Of a stretch of DNA of 64,000 nt, positions 13,390 to 25,548 are shown in pieces. Where the stretch lies: positions 12,236,567 to 12,300,566 of the forward strand of contig CM120644.1 in the NCBI GenBank assembly GCA_051362555.1, given 5' to 3'. The position numbers and the translations under genes are program-made. Position 1 is the first letter of the stretch, and each line of letters begins with the position of its first letter. The notes beneath the pieces were generated by a model. That model saw nothing but the letters and a program-made list of their open reading frames with translations, was not told the DNA's origin and ran no database searches. This DNA comes from Lingula anatina (Eukaryota; Animalia; Brachiopoda).

Positions 13390-16004
13390 GCTGGTTTCTT
13401 AGTCTGAAATTAGAAGAAGAACCAAATGTCAAGCTAAAACATGGAAAAAAATACATTCCAAAATAAACAGCTACAGTAGAAAATAACATTTCTCTGAAAG
13501 AATATGTGATGCCAGTATGCTTCTCCCTCCAAATCCCCCACCACAACCATCCACCCCAACTCTCTCATAGGTTCCACCAACCTAAATAACAGTATACAAC
13601 TATATACCAGTATAACCCTCTCTCTTCTCTAGAGCTCTCTCAGCTTCAAATCTCCACCACTTGAAATCAAGCCCACACATATAATCCCCACTCAGTACAG
13701 GCCATCACATGCCTGCAGTAAAACACATAATAATCGCTGTAATAAAACCTATTCATAATAGCACCAAAGCAAATTATATTCCCACCAGAGGTAAAGCCTC
13801 AAATCACTGTTATTACACCTGTATATGGGACAATACAATCAAGATAGTACTACATAACTGCAATAATGACTATGTATAACTACACCTGTGCTCTGAGGGG
13901 AGAATCATTAAGCTCCTATTCAGTGAATAAAACGTGTACGGTAATTACTTGAAAATTTTGAATGCCTCACTCGTTTCAGTGTTTTCCTCTTTAAAGATTT
14001 AACATTTCAGTTACTCACATACTGTTTTTGTCCTTGAAGAAAACATTCATGTTGCCATTACAAATTTTTATTTTATTCTATATCATTTTTGTTTGGTTTA
14101 AAAGCAAATACTGGTTCAAACAGTGCACTAGAAAGACTCAGATCTGGTTAGGTTGATGTTATCTTTAAATAAATGGGAGGACCTCATTTAATATAAAATC
14201 TTTAAAATCACCTGTATATTCATATAGATTCATGCATACCGAAATCCACTCATCTTTCACTAGTGGTTATAATTTTTTGCCAGAGGTCTTAGATAACTTA
14301 CTTTGAAAAAAAATGCATAGGTTCTACTGAACTTGAATAGGAATTTTGATCATCTCGTCATGAATCTTGTTATTAAAAGAAATGAAACTCTGAAAATGAA
14401 CCAGCTTAGATTCTGGTTTTTATAATTCACAAAATAGATAAAAAGAGAGAGCTATGATTTACTAATCACAAAAAGAAATGAACGAAATCATGATTACATA
14501 ATAATGAGAGACCAAATCATTGACTACAAATTCAAGGCCATGAAAATATACCAAAATCACCTAATATCAACAAATATTATACAACGGAAAGACACTAAAT
14601 TTCTAAATTAATCCCATGAAAATTAATGAGGCTAGAATAAAGCCTCACAATCACAACCTACATCTAGTTTCTGGCAAGGATGCCCCTCCCCCTAATTAAG
14701 TAGTTAACCAAAATATCTATCTCTAATCCAATTCTGATTTTCATGATTAGTTATTAGAAGAAGCTCTATCAGCAAACAAATCCTGTTGCTTTGACCCTGA
14801 GAACTGCACATTAGTCCGTAATCCACCCAGTTTAATTTGAATGCAGTCCTTGTTAATATAAATATATATAATAAATCAAATCTTATGTTTTTCAGTGTTA
14901 GCAATTTCACTGAAAACCTTCAGTAATAGCTACACTGAAGCTTATGTTTTAAATTTCAAGTAACAACTGTAGCCTATCAGCCTTCCCTAAAATGTTTACT
15001 TACTAATGATATGAGCTGTTCGGAAGAGGACCACAATTTGTACAATAATTCCCTTCAAGATACTCCGGTCTCCTGGTGCTACAATACATTGAACTTAACA
15101 TCTCTACCACCAGGACGCTTTGGGCTACATTAATTTCCTAGATATTGACAAGTTTAATCTTCAATTTCCGGGAAATGCGCATTCGTTCACATCAATGATA
15201 ACTTACATACTTGAAGGCAATACTACACAACTTGCTATGAAAATATGAAAATACTTTAGATGTATGCAGGAATTTCCATTACAATCTGCACAAATTAAAT
15301 CCTCTGCAATAACCATTTGTAGGCAAACTTGGTGTCGAAAATTCAGCTGAAATATTACTGATCAACCTTAAAGAAGGTATCTCTGAAGGAATTCATACAA
15401 TTAAATCCAAGGGATGGAAACAAAGCTAATTAATAACAAGGCAGCAAAGCTGTCAAATGTACAGACAAAAAACAGAAAATAAAGATGCAAAAAAGGTCAT
15501 TTTGTCAATTTTGATGCAATAATAAATAATGCTTATAATAGCACTGTCAGTCAACACTGAATTTTAATCTTGCACAACAGGTAACATGGTCAATAACAGG
15601 AGCGGACCCAGAGATATTTTCTGACAGTATTACAAAGTATCTTTGTTGATCCATCCTCCATTTTGATGGTGTTCCAACAGAAAAAAATAGATACCAGTCA
15701 ATATAAACTTAATAACCTGACTGTCTTCCGGAAGACCCAGAAGATGGTCTCAATCCACCCCTTCAATAAGATTACAGTTTCAGGACCATGAGAGTTCAAA
15801 TTCACATTATGAAAGTCTCAATATTTGAAAAATGATGACAGTGCATAAAATAATATTACATAATGTTTAAAGACATAAAAAACAATACAACTGCTTATGT
15901 AGAAATACAGAAAATGTGCAGAGCCCCAGGCAGATGACAGCCTGCCTGGGGCTAAAAGTCACAAATGCAAGTGTTTGAGAAAAAATTATAAAGGAAAACA
16001 ACAA

Positions 16005-16226
16005 AACTAGAAAAGCACTTTGAGAGTGCAGACCTCTGCACCTCTGATAATTGATTGATTATTGATCCGGACCACCACCAAAAATTAATCATTGTCCTCT
16101 TTGGCCCACTTCCGACAGTTCCTGAAAATTTCTGCAAAATCAGTCCATAACTTTTTGTGTTATGTGGATGACAGACAAACAGGGGTGAAAATTTAACCTC
16201 CTTGGCAGAGCTTGAGGTAAATATAA
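16005..16226 (+). mobile_element. Small HINE-like element nested in the larger element (also at ~59595-59836)
   Basis: AACTAGAAAAGCACTTTGAGAGTGCAGACCTCTGC...GACAGACAAAC...AACCTCCTTGGCAGAG..GAGGTAA. The second copy keeps CTCTGCCAAGG, complementary to the 3' CCTTGGCAGAG. Confidence 0.6.
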
Positions 16227-16266
16227 TTCCAATGAAGCTGCTATTCAAACTTTTAATCTTCCAGTT

Positions 16267-16268
<2 letters not shown>

Positions 16269-16346
<78 letters not shown>
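16269..16346. repeat. (AT)n microsatellite inside the element (shorter version at 59879-59933)
   Basis: Visible AT run. Confidence 0.95.
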
Positions 16347-16349
<3 letters not shown>

Positions 16350-18299
16350 AAACTTATTTGCAATATTAAACAAAATTTACCTGCATAATTATCACTGCTT
16401 CCTTATTATTAATCTAGCAGAGAGCTTTACCTTTGGGAGTTAACAGGGAAATATCAACAAGTGTGCTTTACGTAATCTCATTTAATGGCCTATTAAAGCA
16501 AATGACTTTATAACTCTGAAATTAATCTAGTGATACCCAAGGGTAATTTACAGACTGACCCACTCAAAGGTCTTCAGGCCCATAAGTCACACCTTAAGAA
16601 AAGCACAAAACCATAATGCCCAAAATAGGAGACTACCAATCCTGATGCAATAATACATTATGTTTAACTGCACAGTCAACATCAACTTATGCACAACAGG
16701 TAACACAGACGAAAGTAAAAGCATAAGGCTTCAGGCCCATCAGAGTTCAAGTTTATACTTAGAAAGTGCCAGAATGAGAAAAATGAAAATTTCACAAAAA
16801 ATGCATAAATACAATAAACATGATAATCCAATAGAGCTGGTTTTCTCATGAGCTGAAGGCCAATCCTAAAAATCGTACTTGTAAGTTTAAAATTATAATA
16901 AGTAGCACAGTTTTCTTTTCATAATGTTTGCAGTAGCAGTGCAAAAAGATTGTCAATTTTGATGTAACATTACATAATAAATTAGAGAATAATTATCACC
17001 AATTTTTGTTTATTGACTATAAATAGGATGGACATGTAGAAAATATGATTACCATTTGGCTTCATGTCCATGGGAGCTCTGAGTCCCACAATGAATATGC
17101 CAAAAAAGATAATGAATATAACACTAAAATGTATAACTTCCAGAAAAAGAAGCCAATTAGACTGCTTTTCTAACTCAGGCTGCATTTTAGTCCTGTGTTT
17201 CTTTTTTGAAAGTTTGACAGTCATAAGTAACACGGTTTTTCCATAATGGTCATCAAGGCAGCAGCACCAAAAATTGTGTTTTCTTCTATTTTGATGCAAC
17301 ATTACATAATGCTTAACAGCATAATGACCATCAATTTTTAATTATAAAATATTAGTATCACGGATATTCAGGAAATGTGACAAGCAAAGGTCTTCAGGAT
17401 CATGGAACTTCAAAAGTCACACCTTGAAAATGCCAATAAGTGAAAAATTAAATTTTCACAAAAAACTGTTTAATTGCCAGAAAATTTTACCAAACAGACT
17501 GCATTGCCTACTGGAGCTGTATTTTAGTCCCATGTATCTTTCCTGTAAGTTTGAGAACAGTAAGTGACATGATTTTCCTTAAATGGTCATCATGGGAGCA
17601 GTGCCCAAAATAGGGGTTTCTTCAAATTTTCATGCAATATTACATAATGTTTTACAGCATAATGACCATCAATTTTTAATTATAAAATATTAGTATCATG
17701 GTTATTCAGAAAATGTGACTAGCAAAAGCCTTCAGGCCCATGGAACTTCAAAGTCACATATTGAAAATGCCAAAATGTAAACAATACAGCACTGTTCTGA
17801 AATGGGTTTATTTCCATTTTTAACACTTTTTAAACATAAAACAAAATAAACAGTTTACTGCCATTTTTATATGACCAATGAAGAAAATTGATGAGATGGG
17901 AAAAGTATCAATAGAACAGTTTTAAATGCCCAACTTCCTCCATTCTGAGATTCTGAACATAGTGGATGAATGCATCTGACAAACTGCAATGATATGAGTT
18001 TATTTCCATTTTTGACACTTTATTACACAATACATGATAACAAGTTTACCATCATTTTTACAAAATCAACTAACAATGTTGTAAAGATGCAGGAAATGCC
18101 AAACAAACACATTTACGTATCTTATTAGTTCAATAATGAGACTGTTAACATGCCTAAGAAATGAATGTGAGGAAATGTGAAAAAACAGCATTACCTTTTA
18201 AAATAATGGACTGATTATGCTGATTTTCAAACTCAACCTGCGTTTTAGTAAGATTGGCCCCTCCTGTGAGTATAATGACAATTGGCCAATCTGTTTTTC

Positions 18300-19125
18300 T
18301 TATATTGTGTTATCAGTGTTGCATATATACTGAAAAAAGTGAAAAAAAACAGCATAAATTCCCTATAAGTGACCCGATCGTGGTGATTTTCGAACTTGAC
18401 CTGCGTATTATGAATATTTATCAGTTCTGTAAGTTTCAAGCCAAAGGGTAAAACAGCTCTTCATTTATTGTGTTATCAGTGTTGCAAAAATGCTGAAAAA
18501 AAGTGAAAAAATAGCCTAAATTCACTAAAAATGACCCAATCATGCTGTTTTTCGAACTTGACCTGCGTATTATGAATATTCATCAGTTCTGTAGGTTTCA
18601 AGCCAAAAGGTCAAATGGTTTTCCATTTATGGTGTTATCGGTGCTGCATATATGCTGAAAAAAAGAGAAAAAATAGCCTAAATTCACTAAAAATGACCCA
18701 ATCATGCTGATTTTCGAACTTGACCTGCGTATTATGTATATTCATCAGTTCTGTAAGTTTCAAGCCAAAAGGTAAAATGGTTTTCCACTTATCGTGTTAT
18801 CGGTGCTGTATATATGCTGAAAAAAGTGAAAAAACAGCATAAATTCCCTATAAGTGACCCGATCATGCTGATTTTCGAACTCGACCTGCGTATTATGAAT
18901 ATTCATCAGTACTGTAAGTTTCAAGCCAAAAGGTACAATGGTTTTCCACTTATCGTGTTATCGGTGCTGCATATATGTTGAAAAAAGTGAAAAAAACAGC
19001 ATAAATTCCCTAAGAGTGACCCGATCATGCTGATTTTCGAACTTGACCTGCGTATTATGAATATTCATCAGTTCTGCAAGTTTCAAATCAAAAGGCAAAA
19101 TGGTTTTCCACTTATCGTGTTATCG
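18300..19125. repeat. Tandem array, 5 copies of a ~162-bp unit
   Basis: GAACT(T/C)GACCTGCGTATT at 18392, 18554, 18716, 18877, 19039. Confidence 0.95.
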
Positions 19126-19313
19126 GTAAAAGTGCACGGCGACGGCGACGGCGACAGCGACGGCGACGACGGCGACGACAGACGCAGATGATGGCTATAT
19201 GTACAGACACATCTGTGTCTGTACATAAAAACCATTCACTCATATGTCTCACTAAAATGAGTTATTTATCATCATTATCACTATGAAAATATTCTTTCTG
19301 TCCCATTTTTCCT

Positions 19314-19352
<39 letters not shown>

Positions 19353-20789
19353 CATCCTCATTCTCTCTCTCTCATCCTCATTCTCTCTCTCTCTCATACA
19401 TCCTCATTCTTTGGCAGTTATCTAACCACTTTAATTCACTTAGAATGGAAGTACAAAATACATGATAAGTGAAGCTTTGCTTTACATAGGACACAATGCT
19501 ACAAACACTGGCTAAAACTGTGTTGTAACTTGTATATGGAGGCTGATACTATAAGACTGGGTAGTGTGGCAAGTTGTATTTTAGGCTTTATTTTTTCTGG
19601 ATGTTGTCAGTCAATGATCCCTGGTTATGCCTTGTCACTATTTTGGAAGTCTAAAGTTAACTCCTTTAAAGTGAAAATTGTGAGTGAACACCACACAGTA
19701 CTTAAACATAAACCTTTCAAAGGGCTTTTTCTCCTAAAACTATCAAAATGCATAGATCAAATTCAATCCAACTCTGATGGGACTCTCGCTGAATGCAATC
19801 AGTTTAACATATCAATACGCCTCCTCTTGTTTGCCACGTACTACTATGATCACCCACTTTTCTGTATTCGACTCAAAGCCAGTAGAAAGCATGTTAATTC
19901 GTTAACTGATTGCATAGTAACTGTACTACTTTTATTCACTATTCACGTGCTCTGACAGATGGTCAGCTTCACTCTGCAATCAGTTTCTGGTGGAATTGTC
20001 TGAAGGGACAAATTGACCAGCTAAATGGAAAATCCATTTTTCATTGAGTTTGTGTAATGTGCAGTACAGCAATGATATCTTACTGACTGGTAGTGTATGG
20101 TATTTACTCTATAAGCTCAAACATCAAGAATTTACATTAAAATGTTTAAAAGGTAATGTAATATAAAATGATGATTAAGAAGTTCCGAATGGTTGGCATT
20201 GTATCAGTAAGTCCATTGCTGTGTCTTAAAAGGACACATCTAGAAACAGCAAACGATTAGAAGATGTGAGGCATCTGAAAATTTGAAATAATTACCGTAA
20301 AATCTTTTCCCTACTTCACAGAGCAGACTTGAAGCACTCCGATATCAATACCACAATCTAAAGCATCAATTCCTCATTGCCCGGAATTCCTTTCAAGAAA
20401 TCTCAGTGAAAAAGCTTCGGCTTAGTGTCAGAATACAAAAGATTTATATTGATTTTTTTCCTTCTGCTCTACATGATGCATACTTTTCCGTTTGCGAGAT
20501 GAAAAATTAGCACAGCAGTGTTCAGGCTGACACAAACATCCTTCATCTCCCACTACCCCCCCCCCCCCCCCCTTTGACCCCCCTTGCAGATATAAGTCAA
20601 GTTTGTGACTGAAATGCACCCACAGGTGACCAATTAATTTTGTCAGGAATTCAAATGTCTCATATGATAAGTACCAATACATATTAAACCATGGAAAGCA
20701 TGCAGAGACTCAACTCCGTGACTGAGAGGTGGCCTTGGGACAGATAAAGCACACAAATTAAAAGTAGATCAGACACAGCTATATTACTG

Positions 20790-20791
<2 letters not shown>

Positions 20792-20877
<86 letters not shown>
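20792..20877. repeat. (TA)n microsatellite
   Basis: Visible TA run. Confidence 0.95.
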
Positions 20878-20882
<5 letters not shown>

Positions 20883-21375
20883 CAACAAGTCCTGTCTCAA
20901 GTTGGACTTCGTACAGTCCACCTCCACTGACTGGCCCTATTCCCACAGACACCATCCGTCTACGTGGAACAATCTAACTCAGCAGAAACTCTCGCTGACT
21001 GCAATCAGCTTAACTGAATGACACGCCCAGAAAGGTTGGTAATTATTCGAATATGTTGCAAACAGACTTACAATGGCTGAAAAAGGGGGTTGATTTGGCT
21101 TGTTTAAGTCTAATTTAACCCATTTGGAGAAAAAGTAGTGACTTAGCTAAGCACAATGAAAATTGATAGCACTATTCTTACCTTAGCGACTCAGCTGAAA
21201 TGATATGGCTGAAGATAGAACCTACCATGTAATTATGCTATAAAAGGGGATATCCTCCCTGTCACATGTGCTCCACAAGTTTGTTTCCTGCTGGTTAGTT
21301 AATTTGCCAGGTCCATTTCCATTCAGATGACTCTCTTACATAATAGCCTGCCTAATTAGTTGTCATTTACTCATA

Positions 21376-21920
21376 GAGCGCATTCTCAACAAATTAAGCC
21401 AGGCTTTACAAAGCCGGTGACCTAAAAATGGCGGACGTACATAAAAGAAAAACCGCCTAATCTTTTAATAGTCTCTCCGCCTCCCCACACGTCGTCCCTG
21501 CGGGGTACAGTAATTAAACTGCGTCTCCGTTCGCCATGCGGAAGCTACCTGAGAAATATTAAGTGCACATGCTCATCAGTTAAACTCGTGGTGAAGAAAG
21601 CATGGCGGCTGAAGGCGATCGAAGGAAAAAAGCTCTTCTGTTCTATTATCTTTGAAAACAGAGACAAAAAAGGAATAATTTGGCCCGTAGAGCAGCAATG
21701 AATCGACTATCTACGGAGATAATATCACCAGAGATATTCACGGAAATATTAATGTTCAGAGCCGAGATTTAATTACTGTACCCACAGGGACGACGTGTGG
21801 GGAGGCGTGTGAGAGGCTGAGAGACTATTAAAAGATTAGGCGGTTTTTCTTTCATGTACGTCCGCCATTTTTAGGTCACCGGCTTTGTAAAGCCTGGCTT
21901 AATTCGTTGAGAATGCGCTC
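21376..21920. mobile_element. 545-bp MITE with ~140-bp terminal inverted repeats, probably PIF/Harbinger
   Basis: GAGCGCATTCTCAAC...GTTGAGAATGCGCTC; arms pair nearly perfectly for >100 bp; 3-bp direct repeat ATA on both sides. Superfamily inferred from the 3-bp TSD. Confidence 0.85.
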
Positions 21921-21977
21921 ATAGCTTACCAGTACAGTTGAAATTGCTAAGGTAGCAATCAGATATACACATTGTAT

Positions 21978-22148
21978 TAGTTGGGCTGGTCCAACCCTAC
22001 AGGGGCTCTCGCTAATTGCAATCAGTTTGACTGAATGACATGTCTCCTGAGGTAGCAAAGAAGTAATTAACTTAAACATGTAGACAAGTAAGCTGATTCC
22101 ACTGATTGCAATTAGCAAGAATCCCCCTCAGAGTTGGACTCAACTAGC
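21978..22148. mobile_element. Short palindromic MITE family (relatives near 19760-19925, 20965-21050, 29708-29849, 33346-33485)
   Basis: Shared AG(C/T)TGGG..GTCCAAC..CAGGG..TC(G/T)GCT..ATCAG...CTGATTGC..TAGC.AGAATCCCC..GTTGG..TGAC..AGCTAG pattern with imperfect terminal inversions. Confidence 0.6.
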
Positions 22149-22204
22149 ATGATGCGTCTATCTGAATGCTTCCTAAGATTTAAAGCTCACTGTGAAAAGG
22201 TCTT

Positions 22205-22425
22205 TAAGATCCCATTCCCAGAGATTAGATCGATCTACTTTAGATCGACCTAACTCCCTGGGGGTTCACGCTAAATAGCTGTCAGCCGAGTGGGCACGAA
22301 AGTTAATAACCCCCTTACAACTTGTAGTAGGCGGGACGGACATTTAAGCCAGATTATCTGACAGTAATCTAGTGAGACTCCCTGCGGGGATAGATCGATC
22401 TAAAAGCTCTGGGAATACGCCCTAA
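22205..22425 (+). mobile_element. ~220-bp MITE, copy 1 of 3
   Basis: TIR-like ATTCCCAGAGATTAGATCGATC ... GATCGATCTAAAAGCTCTGGGAAT; same internal sequence at 23421-23648 (inverted) and 28941-29155. Confidence 0.8.
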
Positions 22426-23420
22426 AGCTTACATGCTTACATTGAAAGACTTGGCAAAACATAGCAGGAACATTACTAGATGTTTTGATAACATCAAATA
22501 TTATGATCTCTGTTTTGGTGCCAAAAAAAAAAAGCTGTCTTTTAAACTTTGAACAACATAAACTTGCATTATAATTCCTCTACCTAGCATTCTATTTGTG
22601 AATAATCAATGGTGTACTTCCAAGGCAAAAAACATTCATTTTTTTTATATCTTTTATGAAATTAATATAATTTTCATCATTTAACAGTTTAAGGCAATTC
22701 AGAATTTTATATGCTTACTAGTATGTGAGCCTAGGGCACAATTTGAATATCATACTGTATTTATAATCAAGTCAGGCAAGTATAAATGTACATGTTATCC
22801 TTATACACCCTTTTCAGAAATCTTATTCACTTGAAATAAAGACTTCCCAGTTTTGCTATACTTTCTTTTCACTAGTCTGATTTAGTTACTTACTTATCAA
22901 TATCTGATAACCCTTTAGCAATTTATCTTTCCTTATGCTATGACCTTACATTGAAAGAACTACATAAAAATAATACTGGGTTTCAAAATGCTCACATATT
23001 TTAATTAAGCATGCCTTTAAGCAGTTAAATAAATGCAAATACCTACAAATTTTAAGATAATCATAATCTACTTAAAGAACATGTTACTGTTAAGTTATTT
23101 AAAATCAACATGCTCTTTGAAGTATTTTTTTTTACATCTCTCTCACTCTCTCAACACTAAAACATAACCTCTGTAAGTACATTTAAAGATAAAGTGACTT
23201 GGTAAAAAAACTAGTCTTTTGCTAATCCTTTAGTCAACTTTCACGTAAATCTATTATTCATTTATCTATTTGATTCTACTTTTTTCTATTTGACTTCTCC
23301 CTCTGTAACCCATCTGTTTCCCAAGTAATGACACAACAGTAGTAAGTCAATACAAAATGAATGTTTTATATGCTGAGATGTGGTGTGATAAACCTTGCTA
23401 AATCACTGGTTTCATTTCCC

Positions 23421-23648
23421 TTAAGACTGCATTCCCACAGATTTTAGATAGATCTATCCCTGTGGGGAGTCTCACTAGATTGCTGTCAGCGTAGCCAGCT
23501 TACTAGTAATTGTCTGTCCTGCCTACTAAAAGCTGTAAGTGGGTAATTAACTTCCGTGCGCGCTCGGCTGACAGCAATTTAGCATGAACCCCCAGGGAGT
23601 TAGGTTGATCCAGAAGGATCGATCTAAATCTGTGGGAATGCAGTCTAA
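23421..23648 (-). mobile_element. ~220-bp MITE, copy 2 (inverted)
   Basis: AGACTGCATTCCCACAGATTT...AAATCTGTGGGAATGCAGTCT; internal sequence is the reverse complement of 22205-22425. Confidence 0.8.
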
Positions 23649-25199
23649 GACTCTTCAGCACACTGTAACACACTCAAGTTGACCCAGGGCTTGACCCAAT
23701 TAGTAAACTACATGCTACTTTTTCTACAGAATAGATTTGGTCTTTATTGCTTTAAACAAACAACTTGGATGACTATTTGTTTTCTTAACACACTGTCAGC
23801 ATTACTTCCACCAAACACTTCAACTAAGGTAATAATGTTTCAAGTGTTTTGTAAGTGAAACCTTTTCCTTTTGCCCTCAGACATGAGCTTGGGTTTAAAA
23901 AAAAAAATGTCTCTGAACATTTACTATGGGACCAAACACTTACAACGTAGTCTTTAGAGATTTAGCTGCCAAAATTGATTTTCTTAGGGCAAAAAGGGAT
24001 TTCTCCTACTGAGGGACCATTACTCAAACTGTCTCTGCACTTGGATTGAATGTTTTATGCCATTACTAATTGAATGATTTGTTAAAGAGAGTGAATATAA
24101 TAGTTTTGAACGACAGGCCAGTCGATTCAGCAGAAACTATCGATATCAGGTACTTTAATTTGGAGGGTTTTATGGTTTTAAGGGCCTGAATTGGGAAAGA
24201 TCTGTGCTCTGAAACAATTTCTTTTAACCATGCTCACTCTGGTTAAGACCTATTCTCACTTCCACAGCTTAATGAAAACAATCCATATGTTTTTTATTTC
24301 AATGGGCATAAAAAGATTTAAAGGCATCCTTGGAAAATGATCAAATATTTCAAGATTCTAAGGCTTCTACAAAAGCTTGGCTCTCTGACAAGTAATTCAA
24401 TGTACAATATATCAAATATAATTATAACTTTTCAACAAAAATCCAAATATCATATCCAAATTTTCACACCAAAACAGCTAGCTAAACTCTCTTTTATGCA
24501 TAAAAAGACTACATCCTCCAAGAAAAGGAAGATAAAAACCAGTTTTAATTTTTTTTGCCATGACACTTAAATATAAAGCAAAATTCTGTTCCAGCTGTGA
24601 AATAAGACTTACTACAACCTATGAACAACTGTGTAATGTGGAGTATTGAACTTTATTGTTCACAACAGCATACCCAACACTTGAAACTATTCACATTCCA
24701 GTTTGGAATGTGGACATTTCTTAACTTTTCCACGCCTGTCACTGGGAAAACTGTAATCGTCCCCCGACATTGTCTTAATATTCTTTTGTTGTATTTTTCA
24801 TACTTTCACAACAACGTAATCGTCGGATCTGAGAGAAAATATTATTTGTAGTAAGTTCCGATTTTTATTTGAATTATAATAAATTCTGATTTCAACACCC
24901 TCACAAAAATTAAATTCTGTCGAAGTAAAATTCGTGACATGACAGTCGGACAGGTAAAAAAGATACGCTAATTTTATTTGTACAAAACGTAAAAAAAACA
25001 GTGTCTTTTTAGCGTAACCCTTCCCTTATGCCTGGTTGTCAAGATTGGGATCTTGAAGACTAAATCAGAGCACCCCACCCTCCTACACTGAGTGAAGACT
25101 GCACTCACTTCCAAACACCGGGACTCCACCAGATAGATTCATATGCAATGCATGATATTTCTGACACCAATTATCAACTGTGAAAGGTTAAATAAACAA

Positions 25200-25548
25200 G
25201 GCATACCTTGTATTTCGCTGCAAACGCAAAGTCCAATGCTGTAATGGTCTATGTTTGCAAATTTGCCGCTAAATCCGAGCGAACAAACAAAAAGCACCAC
25301 ATCCGGTACACATGCGCAACAAGCCAGGTGCGCTGAAAGTAGTTTTCCATTTAGATAAATGCGCGTTTCGTTTCGACTGAACTGAACGGCTTTTAAGTTT
25401 TTGCACCGAATTTCATTGATGTGGCATAATTGGTCGTTCACATGCCTTCTTGATTATATCAAAACTAATTGTAACAAATATACATATGGACTATATTTCT
25501 AAGCGGTGCAGACGGTGTGTTCCAAGGCACTTCCGTCAACAAAGCAAC
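25200..25548. promoter_or_regulatory. Candidate bidirectional promoter for UNG (+) and the SDR (-)
   Basis: Locally CpG-rich segment directly before the UNG ATG; ETS-like CACTTCCG at ~25528; - strand donor CAAG|GTATGC at 25206 could end a non-coding first exon of the SDR. Inference only. Confidence 0.4.

Larger units (their letters stand above)
15435..19230 (+). mobile_element. ~3.8-kb non-autonomous Helentron/HINE-like element, copy 1
   Basis: Starts AACAAG + hairpin GGCAGC-aaa-GCTGTC + subterminal ATGTACAGACA. Ends with (GACGGC)n, hairpin TGTACAGACACA-tc-TGTGTCTGTACA and TAAAA. A near-identical copy at 59036-62646 has the same ends. Confidence 0.85.

Noticed and set aside
15952-17302. ORFs duplicated at 59496-60958 as a possible gene family
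   Set aside because: They lie within the duplicated non-autonomous element, have no domain motifs and change frame between copies.
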